Assembly (NCBI GenBank): GCA_963785725.1
Contig: CAWAWS010000035.1
Location: 32,001 to 96,000 of the forward strand
From: an uncultured delta proteobacterium
GTDB lineage: Bacteria > Myxococcota_A > Polyangia > Palsa-1104
Direction of reading: 5' to 3'
Length of the DNA: 64,000 bases
A model generated the notes under the pieces. It had not been told where the DNA came from and did no database searches. It was given only the letters and a program-made list of their open reading frames with translations. A program made the translations under genes and the position numbers. Positions 43,378 through 57,631 of the stretch are shown in pieces. Each line of letters opens with the position of its first letter. Positions within the stretch are counted from its first letter, which is position 1.

Positions 43378-44028
43378 ATGCAACACCTCGCAGAGTTCTT
43401 CGAGCAGGGCGGCTTTTTCATGTACGTGAATCTTGTCTGCTCCGTGATCACGATCGCCTTCATCGTCGAACGCACGATCTTCTTTCTCGGCAAAGGCTCC
43501 GTGAACGCCAAGGCGTTCCTCGAGCAGATCCGCAAGCTGGTCGCCGCCAACAACGTCGATCGCGCCATCAAGCTGTGCTCGGCCACGGAAGCGCCGGTCG
43601 CGCGCGTCGCCAAGGCCGGCTTGACGCGGCTGCCCAAAGGCGAAGCGGCGGTGACGACCGCGATCGAAGAGACGCTCGTCGACGTGACGCCGGAGCTGAA
43701 GAAGCGCATCGGCTCCTTGTGGTCGCTGGCCAACATCGCGACGCTCATCGGCCTGCTCGGCACGATCACCGGCCTCATCGGCGCCTTCGCCGCCGTCGCC
43801 AAGGCCGCCGCCGCCGACCGCTCGACGATTCTGTCGGCCAAGATCTCGGAAGCCATGAACAACACGTGGCTCGGCCTGGCCATCGCCGTCACCTGCATGA
43901 TCGGCCACGTGTTCCTCAACGCCGCGTCCAAGAAGCAGCAGCACGAGCTCGAGGCGTTCTCCATGAAGCTGGAGAACCTGCTCGCCGAGACGACGGCGGC
44001 GCACCACCAGACACAGGTCCGCGGCTAA
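43378..44028 (+). CDS. MotA/TolQ/ExbB proton-channel protein (AglR-like)
   Basis: GGFFMY...IVER, ATLIGLLGTITGLI, ISEAMNNT; GGAGG RBS; TTGACA-16-TAATAT upstream. Confidence 0.93.
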   Translation: MQHLAEFFEQGGFFMYVNLVCSVITIAFIVERTIFFLGKGSVNAKAFLEQIRKLVAANNVDRAIKLCSATEAPVARVAKAGLTRLPKGEAAVTTAIEETLVDVTPELKKRIGSLWSLANIATLIGLLGTITGLIGAFAAVAKAAAADRSTILSAKISEAMNNTWLGLAIAVTCMIGHVFLNAASKKQQHELEAFSMKLENLLAETTAAHHQTQVRG

Positions 44029-44038
44029 ACGGTCGCCT

Positions 44039-44665
44039 GTGACGCCCCAGCGCCTGCGCACGAGGCTGCGCAAGATTCGCGAGCACGGCGAGGAGATGGC
44101 CGAAGAGGGCGGCGAGCTCAACCTCGTGCCTTATCTCGACATCGTCACCAACGTCATCATGTTCATGCTGGCGACGACGACGTTCGCGGCTGCGCTCGGC
44201 GACATCAACGTCTCGTCGCCGACGACGGCGTCGGTGGCGCAGCTGCAGAATCAGCCGCCGCCCGAGCCGAAGCAGGAGCTCAACCTCGCCGTCTCCATCT
44301 CCGACAAAGGCTTCACCATCGCCTCGTCGGGCACCGTGCTCTACTCCGGCTTCAGCTTCGACGGCGCCGGCAACTTGTCGCAGCCGCCGAGCGGAACCCT
44401 GCCGACGGTGCCGAAGAAGGGCAAAGACTTCGACTACGACGCGCTCGCGCAGGCCATGGAGAAGATCAAGAAGTCGCCGGCGGCGCAGGGTGAGTCGAAG
44501 GTCATCATCAACGCCAACCCCGAGATCGTCTACGACGTCGTCGTGCAGGTGCTCGACGCCTGCCGCGGCAAGCTGACGCCGAAGCCCGATCCCGAGCATC
44601 CCGGCAAGTTCACCGAGGCGTACGAGCGCTTCGGCGACGTTCTGTTGTCGGCGGGCCTCAACTGA
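44039..44665 (+). CDS. ExbD/TolR-family protein (AglQ-like)
   Basis: ELNLVPYLDIVTNVIMFML TM motif with conserved Asp; YDVVVQVLDACR. Confidence 0.9.
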   Translation: MTPQRLRTRLRKIREHGEEMAEEGGELNLVPYLDIVTNVIMFMLATTTFAAALGDINVSSPTTASVAQLQNQPPPEPKQELNLAVSISDKGFTIASSGTVLYSGFSFDGAGNLSQPPSGTLPTVPKKGKDFDYDALAQAMEKIKKSPAAQGESKVIINANPEIVYDVVVQVLDACRGKLTPKPDPEHPGKFTEAYERFGDVLLSAGLN

Positions 44666-44756
44666 TGAGCGACCGTAAGGGAGCGAATGTGAGCGTCCGG
44701 CCCGTAGGGCCAGCGGATCGACGTTCTGGGCTATCCGCCCGCGGAGTGGGCTGATG
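44662..44756 (+). mobile_element. 89-bp insert bounded by CTGATG direct repeats, carrying a 29-codon coupled mini-ORF (44665-44754)
   Basis: CTGATG at 44662 and 44751; internal hairpin GGCCCGTAGGGCC; ORF MSDRKGANVSVRPVGPADRRSGLSARGVG*. Confidence 0.55.
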
Positions 44757-45326
44757 GCCGGGCCGGTCAAAGAGAACGACGTTCCCGATCGTGACGCCAA
44801 GCGGCAGCTCAAGCGCTTTCGCGAGCGCGTCGAGGAAGAGGCGCAGGAACATCAGCAGGCGTACCTGAACATCACGCCGATGATGGACATGATGACGATT
44901 CTGCTCGTCTTCTTGCTCAAGCAGTTCTCGGTGCAGGCGTCGGCGGCGTCGTCGACCGAAGGGCTCGTGCTGCCGTCGTCGACGATCGAGCAGCAGCGCG
45001 ACGTCGCCGTCAACATCACGGTCACGTCGAGCGCGGTGCTGGTCGAAGGCGACGCGGTGACGACCGTCCGCGCGGGCGCGGTCGACCCGTCGGCCAAGCG
45101 CGACGGCGCCAACGGCTACTACATCACGCCGCTCGTCGACGTGCTGACGAAGCACGCCAACCGCCTGAAGAAGATCGCGGCCATGGGTGGCACGGCGTTC
45201 GACGGCACGGCCATGATCCTCGTCGACAAGAACACGCCCTACCGCTTGTTGACCGAGGTCTTGTACTCGGCCGGCCAAGCCGAATTCAAGAACTACCATC
45301 TCGTCGTCATCAAGAAGGTTCAGTAG
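44754..45326 (+). CDS. ExbD/TolR-family protein (AglS-like)
   Basis: LNITPMMDMMTILLVFLLK; DKNTPYRLLTEVLYSAGQAEF. Confidence 0.9.
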   Translation: MAGPVKENDVPDRDAKRQLKRFRERVEEEAQEHQQAYLNITPMMDMMTILLVFLLKQFSVQASAASSTEGLVLPSSTIEQQRDVAVNITVTSSAVLVEGDAVTTVRAGAVDPSAKRDGANGYYITPLVDVLTKHANRLKKIAAMGGTAFDGTAMILVDKNTPYRLLTEVLYSAGQAEFKNYHLVVIKKVQ

Positions 45327-45435
45327 GGCCGAACCTACTGCGCGGCCCAATCGCCGCGTTGTCGCTTGCGCTCCTCACAGCCGCTCCGCTGCTCGCTCCG
45401 CCTTGCGCTTGGGCCGCCCGCGACGTTTTGCAGGC
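45324..45435. mobile_element. Palindromic element (copy B), inverted relative to copy A with a shortened centre
   Basis: Reverse complement contains ggcccaagcgcaaggcggagcgagca, ggctgtgag, agcgacaacgcggcg and ttgggccgcgcagtaggtt, as in 21730-21830. Confidence 0.8.
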
Positions 45436-45679
45436 ACGCCGGCTCGGCACGACAGGCTGATCACGAACGGTCGTCACACTAGGCGCGAAGGTGATCGGAT
45501 CGCGGTGCCTCTGGGTCACGCGGCTGACGCGGACGCTCGCGTTTTCCGGAAACGGCGGATTGGCGATTCTAAGGCGATTTGCCGCGCAAAACAGGCTTTC
45601 GGGCAATCGCGCCCTTGCGCGCAAGCTCGCGGTTTGTTATGACGCTGCGCACCGCGACGGGCGGAGGGAGAACTCTATC

Positions 45680-48189
<2,510 letters not shown>

Positions 48190-48291
48190 CTCGCTCGCGC
48201 ACCACCGCTCCCGCAGTTCACGAAATTCTCACACTCCAAATTCCCACAATATCGTACCCTCCGCCGGCATTGACCGACGGAGGGTCGTTTC

Positions 48292-49185
48292 ATGAACCGG
48301 ATTTGTTTGCTCGTTCTGCCTTTGACGTTCGCGCTCGCCGGCTGCCGTAGCGACAACGGCGCCACCACGCCCATCAACAGTCACGACATGTCCGCCAGCA
48401 CCGACGGCAGCGCCGGCACCGGCGACATGGCCACGCCGGTCGGCGCCGCCACGACGATCGCCGCCGCGCGCGCCGCTTCGGTGCGCACGTCGATCACCGT
48501 CACCGCCGTCGTCACCGCCGTTCATGGCACGACCGAGTGGTACGTGCAGGATCAGGCCGGCGGCATGTGGTCGGGCATCGACGTCTTCTGCAACAAGAAG
48601 GCGTCGAAGAATCCCTGTCCGGCGTCGGTCACCGTGCCGAATCCGGGCGACGTCGTGACGATCACGGGCGTCATCTCGCCGTACAAGGGCAAGGACGAGC
48701 TCGATCCGAGCGCGCAGACGACGGTGTCGACGAACGGCACGCTGCCGGCGCCGATGACCGTGGCGAGCGCGGACGCCGGCGAGCTGTCGGCCAAGCCGGA
48801 GCTGCGCGGCATGCTGGTGACGGTGACGCCGAGCGCGACGCCGTGGAGCGTCGACAACGTCATGCCGGCCGCGCTCATCAACACGACGGCCTGCCCGACC
48901 AGCACCGACGCCGACGGCGGCTGCCTCATGTGCTTCCCGCCGCAGTACGGCGGCTTCGAGGTCACCGACGGCACCACGAAGATTTACGTCTACAACTACT
49001 TCTACGGCACGTCGCACCTGACGAGCTCGCCCGAGTGCTTGACCAACGCGGCGACGAACGTGCCGGTGACGGCGTCGACGCAGTTCACGGCGCTGGGCGG
49101 CATCCTCGACGTCGATCCGTACGCGCCGACGGCCAACACCGTCGTGCTCGCGCCGGCCGTCGATTCCGAATACACGATCAAGTAG
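48292..49185 (+). CDS. Lipoprotein with OB-fold-like domains
   Basis: Lipobox LAGC; VTAVVTA...YVQD...SGI.V...GDVVTITG pattern. Confidence 0.7.
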   Translation: MNRICLLVLPLTFALAGCRSDNGATTPINSHDMSASTDGSAGTGDMATPVGAATTIAAARAASVRTSITVTAVVTAVHGTTEWYVQDQAGGMWSGIDVFCNKKASKNPCPASVTVPNPGDVVTITGVISPYKGKDELDPSAQTTVSTNGTLPAPMTVASADAGELSAKPELRGMLVTVTPSATPWSVDNVMPAALINTTACPTSTDADGGCLMCFPPQYGGFEVTDGTTKIYVYNYFYGTSHLTSSPECLTNAATNVPVTASTQFTALGGILDVDPYAPTANTVVLAPAVDSEYTIK

Positions 49186-49269
49186 GTCGCCCTCTTCGCG
49201 CGCCACAGTCGGCGCCGCCTCCCTGTCAATAGCTTGAAACTCCCCGCCGCTGGCGGACACTACGTTGGG

Positions 49270-51828
49270 ATGAGCCGACTCGCCTGCGCTGCCGTCGTGC
49301 TCGCCTGCGCGGCGACGACCGTGCACGCCCAGCCGCGCGCGGGCGGCGCGCCGAAAGACGACCGGCAGAAGCACTACTCCGCCAAGCGCACCAACCTCGC
49401 CATTCGCATCGACGGCCACCTCGACGACGCCGCCTGGTCGGCCGCCACCGTCGACGGCCGCTTCACGCAGAACTTCCCCGACGAAGGCAAGCCGGCGTCG
49501 CAGAAGACCGAAGTGCGCGTGCTCTTCGACGACGAAGCCCTCTACGTCGGCATTCGCTGTTGGGACACCGATCCCGCGGGCATCGTCGAGCGGCTGACGC
49601 GCCGCGACCGCGACACCGACGCCGACAAAGTCACCGTCGACATCAGCTCCAAGAACGACCACATCACCGCCTATCACTTCGACATCAACGTCTCGGGCGT
49701 GCTCGAAGACGGCGTGCGCTTCAACGACACCGACTACTCGGGTGATTGGGACGGCTTGTGGCTCGGCGCCACCTCGCGCGACGCCGGCGGCTGGTCGGCC
49801 GAGCTGATGATTCCGCTGAAGACGCTGCGCTACGAAGGCGGCCGCTCGGAGTTCGGCTTCCAAGTGCGCCGCCAGCTGCAGCGCCGCCAAGAGATCGACG
49901 AATGGGCCTACAAGCCGCGCGAAGCCAGCGGCGAGGTCTCGTATTACGGCACCCTCGACGGGCTCGGCGGCTTGCACGCGGCGCGGCTGTTCCAGATCGT
50001 GCCCTATCTCGCCGCCGGCATTTACCAGCGCTACAACCAGTCGCCCTTCAACGGCACGTCGCTCTACGGAAACATCGGCGGCGACCTGAAGCTCGGGATC
50101 ACCTCGGCGCTGACGCTGGACGCGACGATCAACCCCGACTTCGGCCAGGTCGAAGCCGACCAAGTGGTCCTCAATCTCACGACGTTCGAGGTGTTCTTTC
50201 CCGAGAAGCGGCCCTTCTTCTTGGAAGGTGTCGACATCTTCGCCACGCCGATTCAGCTGTTCTACTCGCGCCGGATCGGTCGTCCGCCGCCGGAGCCGAA
50301 CAACTACACGCTGGCCGCGCCGCTGCCGGAAGGGCGAATCTGGGGCGCCGTGAAGCTGACGGGCCTGTTGGCGCCGCACCTGACCATCGGCGTGCTCGAC
50401 GCGCTCACCGATTCCTCGTCGGTGTCGGCGTCGCTCAATGGCGCGCCGCCGATCAACTTGGGGCTGCAGCCGCTGTCCAACTTCTTCGTCTTGCGGATGA
50501 AGCGCGACATCGGCGAGCGCTCGTACATCGGCTTCATGGCGACGGGCGTGTCGCGCTTCGAGCAGCCTTTTGCGGCCGCGCCCGGGCCGGGCGACATCTG
50601 TCCCGACGATCCCGACGCCGAGACCGGCATCTTGCCGACGGTGCGCAAAGGGCGCTGCTATCACGACGCCTACACCGGCGGCATCGACGCGCTCGTGCTC
50701 TCTCACGACGGCGACTACGGCGCGCGCGCCCACGTCGCGGGGTCGGCGGTCGTCGGCGGCCCGACCTTGCTCATCGCCGACGGCACGACCATCGGCGCCG
50801 GCGCCGGCGGCCTCGGCATGCTCGTCAACGGCGGCAAGATCGGCGGCCGCTTGATGCTGACCGCGCGCTACGAAGGCTATTCCCCGAAGTTCGAGATCAA
50901 CGACGCCGGCTACAACCGCCAGTCGAACGTCCATCGCGTCAACGTCGAGAGCGGCTGGCGCGTCTTGAAGCCCATCTCGATCCTGCTCGAAGGCAACGTC
51001 TTCGCCGGCATCGTCACGCGCTTCTCGTGGAACGGCGACGCGGTGCTGCAAAAGACGGCCTATTTCAACACCTGGCTGCGCTTTCGGAACTTCTGGACGA
51101 GCTACTTCGAGGTCGACTACGACCTCAACCACGACGACAACCGCGAAGCCCGCGACGGCGCCATCGTCGAGCGCGCCGGCGGCTGGTCGGTCTGCTGGTT
51201 CGGCAAGAGCGACCCACGCAAACGCCTCAACATCGACGGCGGCGCCTGCATGAGCCGCGTGCGCTGGGGCCAATCGTTCGACGGCAACTACACGTTCCGC
51301 TTGCGCCCGCTGCCGGCCATCGAGCTCGACATCATCCCGCACGCGTCGTGGACGTTCGGCGATCCGCGCTGGTTCGACACGCTCGACAACGGCAACGGCA
51401 CGCGCACCTACCTCTTCGCCGACCTCGAGTCGCGCGAGTTCGACACGACGTTACGCGGCACGTACACGTTCACGCCGACGCTGACCTTGCAGGCCTACGC
51501 GCAGCTCTTCATCGATGGCGGTCATTACGGACAGACCTACAGCGCCATTGGCCACGGCAAAGGCTCGCGACTGCCGTTCTCGGCGTTCAGCCCGAGCGGC
51601 CGGCCGTCGTACGAAGCGCCCGACTTCCGCGACGGCGCCATCAACTTGAACGTCGTCTTGCGCTGGGAGTTCCAGCCCGGCTCGACGATCCTCGGCGTCT
51701 ACACGCACGCGCAGACGCAGACCGACTACGACCCGAACGAAGGCATCGGCCGGCCGTCGTTCACGCGCTTCGGCGGCGGCCCCGGCACCGACCTGTTCCT
51801 CTTGAAGCTGTCGCTGCTCTTGACGTAA
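49270..51828 (+). CDS. DUF5916-like outer-membrane protein with N-terminal CBM9-like domain
   Basis: IRIDGHLDDAAW, GWSAELMIPLKTLRY, TINPDFGQVEAD, FFPEKRPFFLEG, LFYSRRIG. Confidence 0.88.
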   Translation: MSRLACAAVVLACAATTVHAQPRAGGAPKDDRQKHYSAKRTNLAIRIDGHLDDAAWSAATVDGRFTQNFPDEGKPASQKTEVRVLFDDEALYVGIRCWDTDPAGIVERLTRRDRDTDADKVTVDISSKNDHITAYHFDINVSGVLEDGVRFNDTDYSGDWDGLWLGATSRDAGGWSAELMIPLKTLRYEGGRSEFGFQVRRQLQRRQEIDEWAYKPREASGEVSYYGTLDGLGGLHAARLFQIVPYLAAGIYQRYNQSPFNGTSLYGNIGGDLKLGITSALTLDATINPDFGQVEADQVVLNLTTFEVFFPEKRPFFLEGVDIFATPIQLFYSRRIGRPPPEPNNYTLAAPLPEGRIWGAVKLTGLLAPHLTIGVLDALTDSSSVSASLNGAPPINLGLQPLSNFFVLRMKRDIGERSYIGFMATGVSRFEQPFAAAPGPGDICPDDPDAETGILPTVRKGRCYHDAYTGGIDALVLSHDGDYGARAHVAGSAVVGGPTLLIADGTTIGAGAGGLGMLVNGGKIGGRLMLTARYEGYSPKFEINDAGYNRQSNVHRVNVESGWRVLKPISILLEGNVFAGIVTRFSWNGDAVLQKTAYFNTWLRFRNFWTSYFEVDYDLNHDDNREARDGAIVERAGGWSVCWFGKSDPRKRLNIDGGACMSRVRWGQSFDGNYTFRLRPLPAIELDIIPHASWTFGDPRWFDTLDNGNGTRTYLFADLESREFDTTLRGTYTFTPTLTLQAYAQLFIDGGHYGQTYSAIGHGKGSRLPFSAFSPSGRPSYEAPDFRDGAINLNVVLRWEFQPGSTILGVYTHAQTQTDYDPNEGIGRPSFTRFGGGPGTDLFLLKLSLLLT

Positions 51829-51831
51829 CCG

Positions 51832-53148
51832 CTAACGCGCTTTGCGAACGCCGCGCGATTCACGCATTTCCACGTTGGCCGCCGGGCGCGGCGACGACAT
51901 CGGCGGCGGCCGGCGCAGCTCGATGCCGTGATTGGCGAACACTTCGGCGAGCAGCTCGTGCGAGGCATCGATCGACGAGCGCACCGCCGCGTAACCATGA
52001 TTGGCGGCGCGATCTTTGGCCCAAAAGTTCAAGGCGCCCATCGTGAAGAAGTCGTAATCGTCCTCGGCCGGCTCGATGAACACGACGTCGGCCTGCACCG
52101 CGGGATCCAAGAACACGACCTCTTTGGCGAGATCGAGGCGGGCGCCGATGAGCGTGCGGATCGACTGCGACGCGATCGTCGGCATGCCGTGGTCGGACAA
52201 GTTGCGCCCGGCGCGGTCGTAACGAATGCGCGTGAACGGGTTGTAGCAGACGACCAGGTCGCAGCCCTTCTCGACGGCGACGCGGACGTTGGCGGTGCGC
52301 ATGAGGCCGCCGTCGACGAGATCGAGCCGCGCCGGCTCGCCCTTCTCGCCGGCGCGCGGGTTGTCGACCGACAGCGGCCGATACCACAGCGGCAGCGCAC
52401 AGGACGCGGCGATGGCGCTCGAGATCGGCACGTGGCTGTACGGCTCATCGTGCCCGAAGACGACGATCTCGCCCTTGTTGAGGTCGGTCGCCGTCAAATA
52501 CAGCTCTTTGCCGGTCTGGCGCACGGCGCCCGCGAAGTCGTCGGGAAAGCCGGCGCGCGCCATCTGCCGCTTCAAATAGACGGCCAGCGCCCGCGGATCG
52601 AAGAGGCCGGTCGGCAAGAGGCGCGCCGTCGCTTCGAACATCTTGGCCAGCGTCGTGCCCAATTCGTAGCGCTGGCCGGTGCGCGGGTTGGTCGCGCCCG
52701 AGAGCCAGTTGGTGAACAGCTCCTGCTCTTTGCCGAGCCAGCGCGGGATGCGCGCGAAGATCTCGCTCACGTCCGGCTGCATGAAGTGCCACGGCTGGAA
52801 GGCGTCGTAGACGTCGCTGCGGCCCTGCAAGATGCGGAAGATTTCGTCGGGCACGATGCCGGCGGCCAACACGGCGGCGAGCACGCTGCCGGCGGACAGA
52901 CCGACGAAGACGTCGAACTCGTTGAGCGAGAACGCGTGCGCGCTCATCCCCGGCAACTTGCGGCGCACGAGCGACTCGTCGAGCGCGCGCAGGCCGCCGG
53001 CCTTGAAGGCGCCGCCGGCGACGGCGCCGCCGGCCAAGACGAGCCCGACTTTGCCGCGCGGCACGCGGGGCAGCGCCGGATCCAGCTTCTGAATGACCGT
53101 GATGCCGCGGTGTTTGACGAAGCGCGGGCTGAACGTCGTCGCGGACAT
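51832..53148 (-). CDS. Patatin-like phospholipase
   Basis: LVLAGGAVAGG, GLSAG nucleophile motif, ASCALP, VDGG. Confidence 0.92.
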   Translation of the reverse strand: MSATTFSPRFVKHRGITVIQKLDPALPRVPRGKVGLVLAGGAVAGGAFKAGGLRALDESLVRRKLPGMSAHAFSLNEFDVFVGLSAGSVLAAVLAAGIVPDEIFRILQGRSDVYDAFQPWHFMQPDVSEIFARIPRWLGKEQELFTNWLSGATNPRTGQRYELGTTLAKMFEATARLLPTGLFDPRALAVYLKRQMARAGFPDDFAGAVRQTGKELYLTATDLNKGEIVVFGHDEPYSHVPISSAIAASCALPLWYRPLSVDNPRAGEKGEPARLDLVDGGLMRTANVRVAVEKGCDLVVCYNPFTRIRYDRAGRNLSDHGMPTIASQSIRTLIGARLDLAKEVVFLDPAVQADVVFIEPAEDDYDFFTMGALNFWAKDRAANHGYAAVRSSIDASHELLAEVFANHGIELRRPPPMSSPRPAANVEMRESRGVRKAR

Positions 53149-54774
53149 TTACCCTGACTGTCCGACGCCGACGACGACGCGCAAGTAGATGAGGCCGGCG
53201 CCTTCGACGGTGGCGCCGCACGCCAGCGGCAGGAGCGCAGCCACGAGCGCGCGGGCGCGGTCGGCGTAGCGATCGTCCCCGGTGTGCGTCGCCAGCGTCC
53301 ACAAGAGCGTGCCGGCGACGGCGTTGGCGCTCGGGCCGGGGCCGTCGTCACCGTCGCGGAACGGCCGCGCCTGACCGCCGGGCACCGACGCGAAGCCGCC
53401 GTCGGTGTGCCAAAACTTGGCGAGCATGTGATCGGCCATCGCGCGCGCGGCGTCGAGGTGATGGCGCTCGCCGGTCGCCTCGTAGGCGCGCGCCGCGGCC
53501 AGGCCGAGCTCGGCGTGATCGGCGAGCCAGCGCAGCGACTGGGAATCGCCGAGCCGATGGGGAATGCCACCGTCTTCGGCGCGCGCGGCATACAGACGAT
53601 CGAGCGCCAAAATCGCCCGCTCGCGCTCGCGCCAAACGCCTACGGCCGCTTCGGCTTCGAGGTAGGCGCGCGCCATCTTGGCCCACACGCCGGCGTAGGG
53701 CGTCGTGTCGACCGAGGGCGCCGGACGCTCGCCGCGCGCCGCCAGCAGTCGATCGCGCGCGCGAGCCGCCAGCTGCTGCACGGCCGCCGGCTCGCGGTTG
53801 AGCTCGCGCGCGACCGCCTCGACCGGCGCCGCCAAGAAGAGCACGTTGCGCGTCGGATCGGAGTGCAGCTCGCCGCGGCCGTACAGGTCGAAGTACGGCT
53901 GCGCCACCGCCAGCTCGTCGGCGTCGAGCGCGGCGCGCGCCTCTTCGACCGTCCACGTGTAGTGCGAGCCGTCGTCGAAGGCGCCGACGTCGGCATCCTC
54001 CGACGCCGCGTAGCCGCCGCCTTCGAGCGCCAGCGCGTACTCGACGTAGGCGACGGTGCGGCGCGCGACAGCGGCATAGCGCGTCTGGCCCGTCGACGCG
54101 GCGGCGCGCGCGAACGTCGTCAAGAGCGCCGCTTGATCGGCCGCGCGCTTCTCGAAGTGCGGCACGACCCAGCGCTCGTCGGTGGAATAGAGGTGAAAGC
54201 CGCCGCCCAATTGATCGTGGATACCGCCCTGCGCCAGCGCGTCGAGCGTCCGCAGCGCCAACGGCAGCCCGTCGAAGCCGAAGCGCGCCGGCGGCAGCGC
54301 CAAGAGCAGCTCGATGAGCGGCGGACGCGGCCGCTTGGGCGGGCTCTCGAAGCCGCCGTTGTGGCGATCGTAGGCGGCCGCTATCGCCTGCAGCGCCGAC
54401 TCGATCGTCCCCACCGGAGCGGGCGGCAGCGGCAACGGCGGCGCCAACAGCGGCAACGGCGCGGCCAGCAGATCGAGCAGCGATCGCCGCGACACATGCG
54501 TCGCCACCCGCCGCGGCGTGCCGTCGGGCGCCGTCAAAGCGACGAGAGGCCACGTCGGCACGGCGCGACCGGTGAACGGCTGCAGCGCCACGTCGATGTC
54601 GGGCCGCTCGTCGCAGTCGATGCGCACGCAGTGGTAGCGCGCGGTCGCCTCGATGACGTCGGGATCGTCGAGCAGCCGCTCGAGCTGATGCGCGGCGTGC
54701 GAAAAGCGATTGGTCACGACGATGAGCCGCGGCCGCTCCGATGCTTGGTCGTCAGGACGCCAGTCGATGGTCAC
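53149..54774 (-). CDS. DUF255/YyaL-like thioredoxin-domain plus alpha/alpha-barrel protein
   Basis: IDCDERPDID, GGIHDQLGGGFHLYSTDERWVVPHFEK, ASEDAD, PSANAV; the N-terminal CxxC is not evident. Confidence 0.88.
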   Translation of the reverse strand: MTIDWRPDDQASERPRLIVVTNRFSHAAHQLERLLDDPDVIEATARYHCVRIDCDERPDIDVALQPFTGRAVPTWPLVALTAPDGTPRRVATHVSRRSLLDLLAAPLPLLAPPLPLPPAPVGTIESALQAIAAAYDRHNGGFESPPKRPRPPLIELLLALPPARFGFDGLPLALRTLDALAQGGIHDQLGGGFHLYSTDERWVVPHFEKRAADQAALLTTFARAAASTGQTRYAAVARRTVAYVEYALALEGGGYAASEDADVGAFDDGSHYTWTVEEARAALDADELAVAQPYFDLYGRGELHSDPTRNVLFLAAPVEAVARELNREPAAVQQLAARARDRLLAARGERPAPSVDTTPYAGVWAKMARAYLEAEAAVGVWRERERAILALDRLYAARAEDGGIPHRLGDSQSLRWLADHAELGLAAARAYEATGERHHLDAARAMADHMLAKFWHTDGGFASVPGGQARPFRDGDDGPGPSANAVAGTLLWTLATHTGDDRYADRARALVAALLPLACGATVEGAGLIYLRVVVGVGQSG

Positions 54775-54782
54775 GCCGCTCG

Positions 54783-54792
54783 ATGCTACCAT
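54783..54792. promoter_or_regulatory. Overlapping divergent extended -10 elements
   Basis: ATGCTACCAT gives TGcTACCAT (+, 7 nt to GTG 54800) and TGgTAGCAT (-, 8 nt to GTG 54774). Confidence 0.55.
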
Positions 54793-54799
54793 TTGCCGC

Positions 54800-55495
54800 G
54801 TGTCGAAGAAGGCCAAAGGATTCAACACCCCGTTCGACGAGCTGGAGGCGTTGCGCGCCAAGCTGTTGCCCGCGCCGCCGCCGCCGAAACCCAAGGCGCC
54901 GGCCGGCAAAATAGCAACGACCGTCGCACCGGCGCCACCGCCGCCACCGCAAACCGACGCAGAGGCGCTCGCCGAGATGATGCGCGGCGTGGCGCAATTG
55001 CAGGCCGATCCGCGCGGCCGGATCATCGGCGGCGCGGCGCCCGCGGCGGCGACGGTCGTGCGCCGCCGCGTCGACGACGAGGCCGAGGTCTATGCCGAGC
55101 TGGCCGATCTCGTCGACGGCGCCGGCCCGTTCGACATCAGCGCCACCGACGAATACATCGAGGCGCTCGGCCCCGGCATCGACAAGCGCCTCTTACGCAA
55201 GCTCAAAGCCGGCGACTACGCGATGCAGGCGCACCTCGATCTGCACGGCCTCAACGCGGAAGAGGCGCGCGTCGAGGTCGAGACCTTCTTGACCAAGGCG
55301 CGCCTCGACGGGCGGCGCTGCGTGCTCATCATTCACGGCCGCGGGCACAACAGCAAAGACGGCGTCGCGGTGTTGAAAGAGCGGCTGCAGGTGTGGCTGA
55401 CGCGCGGGCGCATCGGCCGCGGCGTGCTCGCGTTCTGCACGGCGCGTCCCGTCGACGGCGGCGCCGGCGCGGTCTACGTCCTATTGCGAAAATAG
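54800..55495 (+). CDS. Smr/MutS2-domain protein
   Basis: LDLHG, VLIIHGRGHNS, DGGAGAVYVLLRK. Confidence 0.93.
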   Translation: MSKKAKGFNTPFDELEALRAKLLPAPPPPKPKAPAGKIATTVAPAPPPPPQTDAEALAEMMRGVAQLQADPRGRIIGGAAPAAATVVRRRVDDEAEVYAELADLVDGAGPFDISATDEYIEALGPGIDKRLLRKLKAGDYAMQAHLDLHGLNAEEARVEVETFLTKARLDGRRCVLIIHGRGHNSKDGVAVLKERLQVWLTRGRIGRGVLAFCTARPVDGGAGAVYVLLRK

Positions 55496-55518
55496 TTAAT
55501 AGTTAACGCTCGGATTAA

Positions 55519-57486
<1,968 letters not shown>

Positions 57487-57631
57487 GTTCGCGACTATAA
57501 GCCCAAATCATCAGGTCGACGAGGTCAGGGCACACAGTGCAGGTGCGAGACCACGCGCTCAAATTGACAGCTCGACGACGCTACGACTACAGTCGGGCAC
57601 GCTGCAAAAGTCAGTGTGAGCGACGACACTA

